A DNA stretch of 64,000 nt from Octopus sinensis (taxonomy: Eukaryota): NCBI RefSeq assembly GCF_006345805.1, contig NC_043002.1, positions 62,310,001-62,374,000 on the forward strand, given 5' to 3'. Position 1 is the first letter of the stretch. Every line of letters begins with the position of its first letter. Below the pieces are notes generated by a model that saw only the letters and a program-made list of their open reading frames with translations, searched no databases and was not told where the DNA came from. Below are positions 12,381-24,060 of the stretch, piece after piece. Both the position numbers and the translations under genes were made by a program.

Positions 12381-12977
12381 GGCGATGAGCTGGCAGAATC
12401 GTTAGCACGCCAGGCGAAATGCTTAACGGTATTTCATCTGCCGTTACGTTGTGAGTTCAAATTCCGCCGAGGTCGACTTTACCTTTCATCCTTTCGGGGT
12501 CGATAAATTAAGTACCAGTTACGCACTGGGGTCGATGTAATCGACTTAATACCTATGTCTGTCCTTGTCTGTCCCCTCTGTGTTTAGCTCCTTGTGGGTA
12601 ATAAAGAAATAGGTATTTCATCTGCCGTTATATTCTGAGTTAAACTTTCGCCGAGGTCGACTTTGCCTTTTATCCTTTCGAGGTCGATAAATTAAGTACC
12701 AGTTACGCACAGGGGTCGATATAATCGACTTAATCTGTATGTCTGTTCTTGTTTGCCCTCTCTATGTTTAGCCTCTTGTGGATAGTAAAGAAATCGGTAT
12801 TTCGTCAGCCGCTACATTCTGAGTTTAAATACCGCCGAGGTCCACTTTGCCTTTAATCCTTTCGGGGTAGATTAAATTAGTACCAGTGATGCACTAGGGT
12901 CGATGTAATCGGCTTAGTCCCTTTGTCTGTTCTTGTTTTGTCCCTTCTATGATTAGCCACTTGTGGGCAATAAAGAT
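12381..12977 (+). mobile_element. SINE family B: one head plus three tandem 184-bp body modules
   Basis: Head ggcgatgagctggcagaatcgttagcacgccaggcgaaatgc, then modules beginning GGTATTTC at about 12428, 12612 and 12796, each ending in (t/c)aataaaga or agtaaaga. Confidence 0.85.
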
Positions 12978-13494
12978 GTGTGCGTGCGTCAGTGTGTCTG
13001 TGTCTGTGTACGCACACACGTGACAATCGAGACACAACCTGTATCAACATACGTAATGCAGAACCAGAAAAATTAAATAAATGTATGAAAGAAAAATAAA
13101 GAAAAAAATGCTAAGCGTGAAACAGATCATTTGAACCTACATTTAGAGGTTAAACGCATGTAATTTTCATTCTCTTCGCACCAGTTTAACGTTGTCCAGA
13201 ACGATGAGTCATAAAATTGTCTTATCTGATTTCATGACCCAAAGTAAGTTTGGCACTAAAAGTAAGTTTGGCTCCATCTCATGCTTATTGGGTTAGCGCG
13301 TATCTCCTATATATTACATGCTATCAAGTCTCGGTGGAAATTATTTGAAACTTCAAGCTGATTCTTGCATGGATTTCCCATAAAAATCACCTTAGCTACG
13401 GCAAATATTTCGCCTTCCGTAAACAACGCTTTGGTACACTTTCACATGCATGCTGCGTTTTCGATTGTTATTATTATTGGTTGTTTTGTTTGCT

Positions 13495-14012
13495 CTTCTT
13501 CTTCTTCTTCTTCTTCTCCTTCTTCTTCTTCTTCTTCTTCTTCTTCTTCTTCTTCTTCTTCTTCTTCTTCTTCTTCTTCTTCTTCATCTTCTTCTTCTTC
13601 TTCATCTTCTTCTTCTTCTTCTTCTTCTTCTTCTTCTTTCTTCTTCTTCTTCTTCATCTCTTCTTCTTCTTCATCTTATTCTTCTTCTCTTCTTCTTCTT
13701 CTTATTCTTCTTCTTCTTCTTCTTCTTCTCCTTCTTCTTTTTCTTCTTCTTCTTTCTTCTTCTTCATCTTCTTCTTCTTCTTCTTCTTCTTCTTCTTCTT
13801 CTTCTTGTCGTCTTCTTCTTTGTGTTCTTCTCCTTCTTCTTTTTCTTCTTCTTCTTCTTCTTCTTCTTCTTTTTCTTCTTCTTCTTCTTCTCCTTCTTTT
13901 TTCTTCTTCTCCTTCTCCTTCTTTTTCTTCTTCTTTTTTTTTCTTCTTCTTCTTCTTCTTCTTCTTCTTCTTCTTCTTTTTCTTCTTCTTCTTCTTCTTC
14001 TTCTTCTTCTTC
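13495..14012. repeat. ~520-bp (CTT)n microsatellite
   Basis: Direct reading. It explains the poly-Ser/Leu/Phe/Glu/Arg ORFs at 13365-14073. Confidence 0.97.
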
Positions 14013-14509
14013 CCTGGGTCGATTTGCTCAAAGGCGGTGCTCCAGCATGACCACAGTTAAATAACTGAAACAAGTAAAAGAATAAAATAGTAAATATATG
14101 AAAATTAATTAAATATTCTGACGGTCAGATTTTCACAATACATTTCTCTCTCTCCCCCCTCTCCCCCTCTCCCCCCTCTTCCCCCCTCTCTCTCTGTCTT
14201 TGTATTTACACTTGAGCTTTCATGTTATTTTGTATCAAAACTCACTGACATGACTGATTCTCCATACAACTGAAAAATACAGAATTATAAAAAATACATA
14301 ATTTTTTGTGATAGTTAGTTTGGAATGCATCAACTGATATATATATGCTTCATCTGCGCGCGCACACACGAGCCCGCGTACACATACATATTAACATATA
14401 ATCACCAGAAGAGAAACGGGAAAAGGTGTGTAGCGATTACTACAACCTGATTAAACTTATGTAATTTCCACTGTACTTAAGAACATTATCCAGTCTAGTT
14501 CTATATTCT

Positions 14510-14572
14510 AGCCTTGTGATTGGATTTGATAGACGGAAACTGAAAGAAGCCCGTCGTATGTATGTATATATA

Positions 14573-14607
<35 letters not shown>

Positions 14608-14790
14608 ATGTGTCCGTGTTTGTCCCGCCAACATCGCTTGACAACCGCTGCTGATGTGTTTACGTCCCGGTAACTTAGCAGTTCGGCATATGAGACCGAT
14701 AGAATAAGTCTTGCGGTCGATTTGGTCGACTAAAAGTTGGAGCTCCAGCATGGCCACAGTCAAATGGCCGAAACGAGTAAAAGAGTAAAT
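14510..14790 (+). mobile_element. SINE A, 5'-truncated
   Basis: gacggaaactgaaagaagcccgtcg-(TG)n-...ctccagcatggccacagtcaaatggccgaaacgagtaaaagagtaaa. Confidence 0.75.
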
Positions 14791-16285
14791 TATCCAGTAT
14801 CTATCATTTCGTTGCAACTTACGGCAATGTGAACACAAAATAACAGATACCTACACATACACACACGCACTGAATGTACTGGAAAAAATACAACATAGCG
14901 TTTCGTTGTGCAATCTGCATGCACACACTGTAACAACTTTCAAATATAATTTAAAAACTTGCACATTTTATATTAACTGCTTTTATTGTTGCAACCAGAA
15001 GACAAATCCTCCCTCTGAACAATTTTAAAGTCTAAAGACGAGCATGTTTTAGATACAAATCCCACCTTTAATTTACATTGTATTTCATTTCTAAAATGGC
15101 TTTTGTTGATATTGTTATAGTTGACTCCATTTCTTTTTGATTTTAGCTTTAAAAAAATCCATTGAATGAGATATTTTTTCTCTTCTAGTTATATAACAGC
15201 ATCATTTAATTTATGTGGGTTTTTTTGTTCTCTACTGGTTTTATTACATAGGCTAGTCTCCGCTGTATACACATCACATAGAAAAGCAAACAAAAAATAC
15301 TTATGAATGTGTTACTCACATTTTAATATAGAACATCTAAGTTATTAGCTAAATCGTGACACGTTGCATGATTGTTTATATAAATATTAACTTATTTGAT
15401 GTTCCGTATGAAGATGTTTATCTAATTTATGATTAACAGCAATGTAATCTTACATCAGTTAACCAGTAACTGATGCCAATAAGGTATGCATTAGTTGCTG
15501 CTGCTGTTTCCACGAAAAATATACGCTGACGCAAATATGTTTGTGGGGATATCACTGTTCACTGGTTTAGTTAGTTATTGAACAAATCTCCAATGTATTA
15601 ATATTAGCATTTGCAATTTGTAAATATTTATGTGCGCGGAATGTTTGTGCTGTGAGATGGATCGATGTGTTTGATACAGAATGAATTCCGTAATGTCTGT
15701 GGAACCTTTCACCTTATTGAACTCTATGATCATAAACATGTTATTCTGACATTTTACAAGAACAGAAATCTTTGTGATCTTTAACTGTGCCGTTCAGTTA
15801 GTGATTTAATAGAATAATTGACTTTTACATATCTTATTTGTCTAGCGTATTACATATTTTATTTGAACGATAACTTGAATATAATTTAGTGTGTTATTTT
15901 TTCTTTTTATTTTCCCATGATAGAATCTAGATTCATCCAGGCAGACATTTGGTTTTAAATCTTATATGTTCCAAATACTCTCCAACAAGCTCTAGACTTG
16001 TTATTGTAAATTGTCCAATCAGAATTCAAAGAGCTTCAATATGAACGACAAAGCATATTTTCATATTTTGGGTTGAATTCAAAAGATATAACATGCATTT
16101 TCTTCGAGATTAACAGGTGGGAAATATAAAAAATTCTACTCGGATTACAATATAAATTGTGAGTGTGTATATATGTGCATGTGTGTGCGCTTGTGTATGT
16201 AGATGTATTCGTATAAATGTATGCATAGATTTATGCTCACAAACACACACAAAAAATACATATGGATATGTAATATCTGTATATA

Positions 16286-16770
16286 CAGTCTGCGATGAAT
16301 AAATTATTGTCTAAGTCAGTGCTTCTCAAACTGCCTGATGTGTCGTACCACCAGAATTTTGTTTCCAATGTGCCAAAAGAACCGGTAATAATTCTTAGTA
16401 ATATTAATTCAATACCAGAAACAATAAGCAGTAATTTTATTCAATAAACTCGCCATTGGCTTCAATAACTTCGGAATCTCCTGCGACTTTTCTGGGTGGT
16501 CTTCTTGTTTAAGTTGGTGAATGCTGCCATAATCCTTGCCTTTAGTTAATCTTTGGTGTTACAAGCAGTTTTGTTGGTCTCTCAGCTGCACTCCCACAAA
16601 AGAATGGAGCGGGTTGCAATATGGGGAATTAGGTGACCAGATGTTAGGAGTGAAATGTTAGGCCACAGAAATTATCTGACAGCCATGACTGAGTTCTACT
16701 GGTTGTGTGGCATACTACAGAGTCCTATTGCTAGACATTCGTTCTTCCAGCAGCCATCCTCTTCGGCAAT
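16286..16770 (-). mobile_element. Tc1/mariner-superfamily remnant, DD37D (maT-like) transposase C-terminus plus probable TIR
   Basis: Minus-strand translation across frameshifts gives Q*DSVVCHTTSRTQSWLSDNF...NIWSPNSP.CNPL...ARIMAAFTNLNK..EANGEFI. The spacing from QD to the NPL(D) site is about 37 aa after repair by eye. A TA|CAG-initiated TIR-like end lies at 16286. Confidence 0.65.
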
Positions 16771-17190
16771 CTTTTTTTGAAAAAATCTTTGGTAATTTTC
16801 CCCAAAAATTTTCAGAAAATCTTACCTAAAAATTTTTGAAAAATTTTCTGAAAATTTTCCCCAAAATTTTTTGAAAATATTCCTCAAATTATTTTGAAAA
16901 ATATTCTGAAAATTTTCCCCAAAAATTTTCAACAAATTTTCTGAAAATTTTCCCCAAAAATTTTGAAACATTTTCTGAAAATTTTCCCCCAAAATTTTTG
17001 AAAAATTTTCTGAAAATATTATTCAAAATTAAACTGAAAATTTCCCAAAAAAATTTTTGATAAATGTTTTGAAAATTTTCCCCAAAAATTTTGAAAAATT
17101 TTCTGAAAATTTTCCCCAAATTTTTTTTTTAATTTTCGTCAAAAACCTTTGAAAAATTTTTTTTTAATTTTCCCCAAAATTTTTGGAAAA
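16770..17190. repeat. Degenerate AT-rich minisatellite (about 30-36 bp units)
   Basis: Repeated gaaaattttccccaaaaatttt(t)tgaaaaattttct units. Confidence 0.85.
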
Positions 17191-17610
17191 ATATATATAA
17201 ACATGTGTGTGTGTTTGTGTTTATATATATATATGTATATATATATATACATGTGTATATATATATATATATATCTATATATATCTCTTATTATAAAAGG
17301 CAGATTTTATCTGCCTCCCTTTGGGAGTTATACAAATCTACAATATAGGATTTCTTCAATTACAATTTACCTAGCATTTTTAAGAGTACAATGCATCGCG
17401 TCATGCCAGGTCCAGTTTTTAAAATTTAAACTCCAATTAAGCAAAATTTACAGAAAACTCACATTCTGGTGTGTGTGTCAAATGTTTTTCTTAATGTGGT
17501 TTATACCACACGCAAACGCACACACACACAAAGGGAGCGAATTGTTTCACTGACGCTATCACCCTTCTCCTCCTTTGTCTTTGCAAGTTGGCAGCTATTA
17601 AAGTGAAAAC

Positions 17611-17935
17611 AGTGAATCCGACAGCGATTAAGAACACGAATTAGCACCTGAATGGAGTGAGAATTTAAAAACTGTTTCTTTCGGTGATTTTTCTGAAGAA
17701 ACTGCACCAAGCCACAGACTTTCCCAGAAGAGTAAAGCCTTACACTATTTCTATTTACTTTTTCGAATGAGCCCATTTAAAATCATTACGGCAGAAACGA
17801 AACGTTACGCTAAACGTAAACAAAACGAAAGAAACGATAGTTTGTTATTTCCCACAACCTTAAATGAAATTAAGGCCTATTTTGCCATAAATATTATTAT
17901 GGGTATCAGAAAGTTACCCAGAATAAAAAATTCTA
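17611..17935 (+). pseudogene. piggyBac-like transposase N-terminal fragment
   Basis: Reads SESDSD*EHELAPEW...FSEETAP...ALHYFYLLF...IITAETKRYAK...PTTLNEIKAYFAINIIMGIRKLP in one frame, matching the piggyBac DDE_Tnp_1_7 N-terminal pattern (F.LF...I...TN.YA...EI.AF.G....MG...LP). Confidence 0.7.
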
Positions 17936-18602
17936 TCGTAAAATTCTGTTGTATACCCAATTGAATATTAGCTAATAACCCATTTTCTCTAGCGATGTTT
18001 GAACAAAATTTTAATAATTTTACAGAAAGTTACCCAGAATAACAAATTCTATCGTAAAATTTTGTTGTATACCCAATTGAATATTAGCCAATAACCCATT
18101 TTCTCTAGCGATGTTTGAACAAAATTTTAATAATTTTACAGAAAGTTACCCAGAATAACAAATTCTATCGTAAAATTGTGTTGTATACCCAATTGAATAT
18201 TAGCTAATAACCCATTTTCTCTGGCGATGTTTGAACAAAATTTTAATAATTTTACAGAAAGTTACCCAGAATAACAAATTCTATTGTAAAATTTTGTTGT
18301 ATACCCAATTGAATATTAGCTAATAACCCATTTTCTATAGCGATGTTTGAACAAAATTTTAATAATTTTACAGAAAGTTACCCAGAATAACAAATTCTAT
18401 CGTAAAATTTTGTTGTATACCCAATTGAATATTAGCTAATAACCCATTTTCTATAGCGATGTTTGAACAAAATTTTAATAATTTTACAGAAAGTTACCCA
18501 GAATAACAAATTCTATCGTAAAATTTTGTTGTATACCCAATTGAATATTAGCTAATAACCCATTATCTATAGCGATGTTTGAACAAAATTTTAATAATTT
18601 TA
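17907..18602 (+). repeat. Six-copy 116-bp tandem array
   Basis: Unit starts CAGAAAGTTACCCAG at 17907, 18023, 18139, 18255, 18371 and 18487; copies differ at only a few positions. Confidence 0.95.
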
Positions 18603-18949
18603 TATATTGTTGAATTTACTTGTATCTACCTGCAATTAGAGTCACTTTGTGACAAAAATTATAGTATAGAATTGGTTGAGGACATTTCATTAAATTATCT
18701 TCCAAAAATCACATTATATATTGATAAATAAAAAGTTATAGTTGTTTAATGAAACCAGACTAAATTTATGATTACGTTAGAAATTAATTGAAACACATAA
18801 GGGGTGTATTTTGGTCAGAAATATAGTAACGAAAGGATTAAGAAAAACCCAAAAATATTTTATTCTTTATAAATGTTGTATTCAAAATAACATTTTCTTT
18901 TAAGAATGCGTATATAACAAAGTATGTGTATATAACTACGTGGCTTATA

Positions 18950-19345
18950 TCTTTATATATAAGAGTGAAGTTGTGTGTCTGTCTCCTACGATTTAGATTC
19001 CTAACTACTCCCACATTTTGCGGTGCAGTGTAACCAAAACCGGGTATCTTATAGTCGTGATTCATATCGAGCCCTTCTGGGTATTAGCGCGCGTCTACGA
19101 TGAGTCTACGATTTAAAAAAATTTACCATCATATTTTTCCATTTTAATGCATTTTTTTCGCTATTATATAAGGGAAGTAACTCTCTAAAAATATCTACGA
19201 TGTGTCAACGATTTAAAAAGAAATTTACCTTAATTTTTTTTCCATTTTTTATGCATTTTTTCCTATTTTTTGGCTATAACTCTCTAAAAATGCTTATATA
19301 GTTATTTCCCTTACAAACCCGAGCAACGCCGGGCGATACTGCTAG
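18950..19345 (+). mobile_element. Non-autonomous Helitron (~400 bp)
   Basis: A|TCTTTATATATA 5' end; 3' hairpin CCCGAGC-AAC-GCCGGG (19318-19333) followed by CTAG|T (19342-19345); no TSD; internal ~95-bp direct repeat. Confidence 0.8.
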
Positions 19346-19374
19346 TATATATATAATAAAAATAATATTAATTA

Positions 19375-20140
19375 TATTAGGGTGTATATCCAAACTTACA
19401 GAGAACAAGTAGATTTAGGATTAAATCAAATTTTACAGTATAAATAAAAATTAAATTAGAGATAAAACCACTATGAGATAAATCAAACGGTGGAAGACAT
19501 AAACCAAAACATAAAATTAATATAATTAATATAAAATACAAAATAAATAAAATATAATGTTTAAAATTTAAATTATTTAAATTTAAAATACCAAATTTTT
19601 ATATTTTTCATTTATTTTTTTGTATTTTAAATTTATAAATTTTTAAACTTTCAATTTTTTAATTCTGTAATTGATTAATTTTTTTTTATACTATCAAAAA
19701 TTATTAAAATGTTTTATATAATATAATAAGTAAATTATATACCGGAAACAAAATTCAGATGGTACGACACATCAGGTAGTTTGAGAAGCACTGACTTAGA
19801 CAACAATTTATTCATCGCAGACTGTATATACAGATATTACATATCCATACGTATTTTTCTTTACGAATACATCGACATACACAATATTATATTGTATTAA
19901 ACTTTTTAATACTTTTTGATAGCATAAAAAAAATTAATTAATTAAAATAAAAAAAGTTTAAAAATTAAAGAATATAAAAATTTATAAATATAAATTTTAG
20001 ATTTATATTTAAATAATTTAAATTTTTTATTTTTATTTTATTTATTTTGTATATTATATTAATTATATTTATTTTTATGTTTTGGTTTATGTCTTTCACC
20101 GTTTGATTTACCTATTAGTGGTCTTATATCTAGATTGAAT
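19375..20140. repeat. AT-rich foldback with ~260-bp imperfect inverted arms
   Basis: Arms 19455-19728 and 19882-20135 (agataaaaccacta...aaacggtggaagacataaaccaaaacata versus its reverse complement). The leading 19375-19470 matches the reverse complement of 46700-46800. Confidence 0.8.
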
Positions 20141-20149
20141 TTATAAATG

Positions 20150-20203
<54 letters not shown>

Positions 20204-20656
20204 GTACTAAAGCAAAGATTATTAAATAGTGCAATACGGTAGTATTGCTACCCAGTAAAACAAAGCACCATCAGGATAGAGTATACGATATTGGTACCAC
20301 AATGCACCAATATTTATGGGAAATAGCAGTCGATAATATACGGCGCTATAGTAGAGCTTCACTGCATATATATATACTGGCAAAGATGTTTGCGGGCGGC
20401 GAACATAAAAAATTGCATATTACGTGTTGAACGAACATTAAATAAATGTGCAACCCAGTTTTGGATAATTACGTTTCTTAACGTAAATTTGATTAGTTCT
20501 CATCGGCTAGATTCGCCTAGACAAAATTTCAAATGTCGTTACACCAGTACCAGTATTTACTCGTCTGAATGCCTAGCCGTTAACAGACCGAGGACAGTGA
20601 AAATGTATATTATCGATTGCTATTCCCAGTACATATTGGTGCATCGTTGTATAACT

Positions 20657-20684
<28 letters not shown>

Positions 20685-20693
<9 letters not shown>

Positions 20694-20986
20694 ATCAACC
20701 AGGCTATCAGATGTTGCTACACATCGCTGGTCACAATGCGCTTCGCATTGTTTTAGCCTTCAAATGACACCATCCCGCTGGTTAAGCGAGCAGGCCAACA
20801 GAAGAAAGAGTGGGAGAAAGTTGCGGCGAAAGAGTACAGCAGGGGTCGCCACCACCCCCTGCCGGACCCTCGTGGAGCTTTAGGTGTTTTCGCTCAATAA
20901 ACACTCACAACGTCCGGTCTGGGATTCGAAACCGCGATCCTCCGACCGCGAGTCCGCTGCCCTAAACACTGGACCATTGTGCCTCC
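20685..20986 (-). mobile_element. SINE family C with alternative 3' tail (type 2)
   Basis: Same tRNA head and 5' body as 1864-2040, but the tail reads ...ggcctgctcgcttaaccagcggg...gtgaccagcgatgtgtagcaacatctgatagcctgg. Confidence 0.75.
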
Positions 20987-20987
20987 A

Positions 20988-21062
<75 letters not shown>

Positions 21063-21984
21063 GGGTGAGTGGAGAAAGTATCGGAAGAGGCACTGAACGA
21101 ATTTAGTAACAATTATATGTTATTACTCACAACAGTTTGATTCGGCCTCATACAGCTCAAAGTTTCATAGACTTCAGAGAAAAAGTTAGTTTATCGGTCT
21201 AAGGTAGCCGATTCAGATAAGTGAGCCGAACGAGTTATGTTTCTTAAAGAAGCCAACGAATCTTGAAGTTACATAGACCCGAAATAAATTTGTTGTGTCT
21301 GATTTGGTCCCTGTAATTGCCTAAATAGATCATGGCAATCACTTACTTGCAATCTTGTCTTAATGTTGTATATAGTGGCACTAATCTGAACCTTATAGCT
21401 GGGATATATTTTCTTTATAAGATTGTAGATTAAGGAATATATGCCACTCAGGTCAATTCAGTTTAGTAACGAAGCAAATTGATATTTTGATAAACAAACA
21501 AGGTGGTGTGTTCGCTTTATTTTTTGTTTCAGCGTTATGTGGTGCTATTACTTAATTGTTATATTTTCCTGGAAGAGAAATTCTTCATCAGCATAGAAGC
21601 ACGAAGCGCTAGGTCTCTTAGTATAGTAATTTGCTGTGTGTATTGTTGCGGTAAACAGAGCTACACTGCGTGGATATCACGCAACGTTTCAAGCCAACAT
21701 AAAGGAAACTTCATATGGTATTTTATGTAATAATATGGTTCAGAAATCTCAGCAACTAAACGCTGTTACCATCACACAGAAACAACTGTTGTGATATATG
21801 ATTAAATCCTGTTCGTTCCATTTTCTTATTTTATGTACTTTTATATAATTTCTGCGTACAATAATGGCGTTCAGTCATATAGCAGCAGTAACCCTGTTAA
21901 GTGATGGCATATATAGCAGCCTTTGAAATGTACGTTATCAGATTATTTCCAAGATGATAAAATATACTTATGTATACGTATGTG

Positions 21985-22127
21985 TATCTCTCCCTGTTTC
22001 TTTCTGTGTTCCTTTCTGTGGAAGAGCGTAGGCTCGAAACGTTAAAGGCTTCTCACTTCCCGGGGGTTAAACTAATACATCTGCTTGTTGTCTGCACCAT
22101 CTGACTTCGTCTTTTGCTTTTTGGTGA

Positions 22128-22130
<3 letters not shown>
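21985..22130 (+). mobile_element. PLE-tail-like module with variant hammerhead (copy 2)
   Basis: CCTTT-CTGTGGA-A-GAGC-GTAG-GCTC-GAAAC-GTT-AAAGG at 22011-22048, followed by a long (TA)n tract. Confidence 0.6.
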
Positions 22131-22308
<178 letters not shown>

Positions 22309-23589
22309 CGAAATTATACCAAATTATGCCTCTCAAAGTTATTAGTAAAATCGCAGACAAAATTATAATTATATTTTATATAAACATAATTCAAGTTATT
22401 TTTTCTGTATACATTCTTACAATTATTTGTCTACATTAATCCTTCTTCTATATGTAACATTGTACACAGTCTGAAGTGTAGCTAAACAGAATAATTTTTA
22501 CGATACTTATTTTCCATTAAAAATATTACGTATATCTCTTTATATGTTCACCTGTCTGTTTGTGTCTGTGTCTATGATTTACGAATTGCATTCGTATGAA
22601 ACTCAGTTTGATTTTCAATTTTTATATATTTTCCAACAACATCTATTTCCCTGTTATCATGTTTATGCGTAGAAGAGTAAATGACGAGTCACAAATATAT
22701 GTCCCTACACGTAATTGTCTACAATCATTTGCTTGTTTAAATCAAGGACTGTGGCACATGTAAGGTAGCGTATTGGCAAGTGTAATCGAACATAGTGCAA
22801 GCCTAGAGCTATTTCGTTTAAAGCCTGGTGATTATTCCGTCGATGACTGTCATTGAACCGCTATGTTACAGAGAAATAAGCAAACCAGGATAGTTTGTCA
22901 AGCATTGTGTCCAAAAACTCAAGTAAAAATACACACTTTTGCACGCACATACACACGCTCACACACACACAAGCACAGACACGCACACAAACACACACAC
23001 ACACACATAGCAAATGGGTGAATGACACGATGGTTAAATGTCAGTTCATTACAGCTCTTTATTACGCATTTTTAATAGATGAATAAGTATATTGCATTTT
23101 TTGCTATCACATGATACATATAATTTTATAATAGTAGAACATTCCATGAACGCAGAGAGAACGAGCCCATCATCCAGCCAAAACTGACCGTGAACGGGAG
23201 AAACAAATCAAAGGCAATAATTATACGTATCATCTGCTGAATACGGTTTTATTTGCAATTATGTCATGTATTCAGTCATCTATTAAAAATGCGTAAGAAA
23301 CATCTGCAATGAACTGCCATTTATTCATCGGCGGTTATTTATTCATTTGCTTATAATACATCAAAAGGGAATCACTACCCTTCGGACATCCTAGAGTATA
23401 ACAAACAGTATGTGATCAACACAAGGCTCGCTTTTGACCAGCCCCTAGGTGATAAATACACGTAGTGGTGGTTTTCTCTGTGTACGCAAACTGAATATTT
23501 TACTAGATGTGTACAGTATATTTATTTGTCTAAGGGTGGTGCTTACAGGTTTATTCAACCTACGGCATAACATTTAAGTAGCCGATTCT

Positions 23590-24060
23590 CTCCAGATTTC
23601 TTAATATTAAAAAAATATGATATCAAGTGGAAGATCCTAGAACTACCAGGCGACTATATTAATGGGAGCGGGCGCTGCCAGCTCTGCATCGCTGAGCAAG
23701 CCTAGATTCTTAAAAGCTATGCTAAGCCTGGCTCGCTGAATATTCATAAAGAATTATTCACACAGTGTATCCATTTCAAGCGCTACCTCCTGCAAAATTG
23801 GGATTCTCCGTTTGCTGGTTAGGCTCGTAGAGACCATACAAAATAGATCCCAACTTCAAACTAATCGCTGGTCCAGTGGAGACAATTCATCCTCACTAAC
23901 GTTTTTGCTTTTGGTGGTCGTTTGACAATTTGACCGTAGCGTTTCTCCGCTTCTGCAAGATGAAGAGTTAAATTTGTCTTTGTATAAAATCTGATGACCC
24001 GTCCACAAGGCTGTAGCTTTTGTGGATGCGAAATAATCTGTCACTCTATGACGAGACTTT
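23590..24060 (+). mobile_element. Penelope-like element 3' remnant: GIY-YIG endonuclease C-terminus plus hammerhead-bearing 3' region
   Basis: Frame from 23616 reads YDIKWKILELPGDYINGSGRCQLCIAEQA*ILKSYAKPGSLNIHKELFTQCIHFKRYLL, stop at 23820-23822. This fits the WKIL..Y....RC.LC..EK..I....LN...E....C.H tail of PLE endonucleases. An HHR motif lies about 170 nt downstream. Confidence 0.7.
23982..24050 (+). ncRNA. Type I hammerhead candidate (partly decayed)
   Basis: CUGAUGA (23991-23997); helix II GUCCACAA/UUGUGGAU; GAAA (24030-24033); GUC (24040-24042). Helix I is imperfect (UAUAAAAU versus ACUCUAU). Confidence 0.55.

Larger units (their letters stand above)
17284..18945 (+). mobile_element. 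Helitron-like element (5' end) carrying a piggyBac fragment and a tandem array
   Basis: A|TC start TCTCTTATTATAAAAGGCAG resembles the 5' end of the Helitron at 39121-39920 (TATAAACGGCAG). It has no own CTAG end before the next Helitron begins at 18950. Confidence 0.4.

Noticed and set aside
13365-14073. Several long overlapping ORFs
   Set aside because: All are produced by the (CTT)n tract.
17907-18602. CRISPR-like regular repeat
   Set aside because: The units are contiguous with no unique spacers, and the context is eukaryotic.
16317-19793. Single hAT element bounded by CAGTGCTTCTCAAACT inverted termini
   Set aside because: The inverted similarity extends well outside the putative termini and no 8-bp TSD is seen; it is better explained as an inverted duplication.
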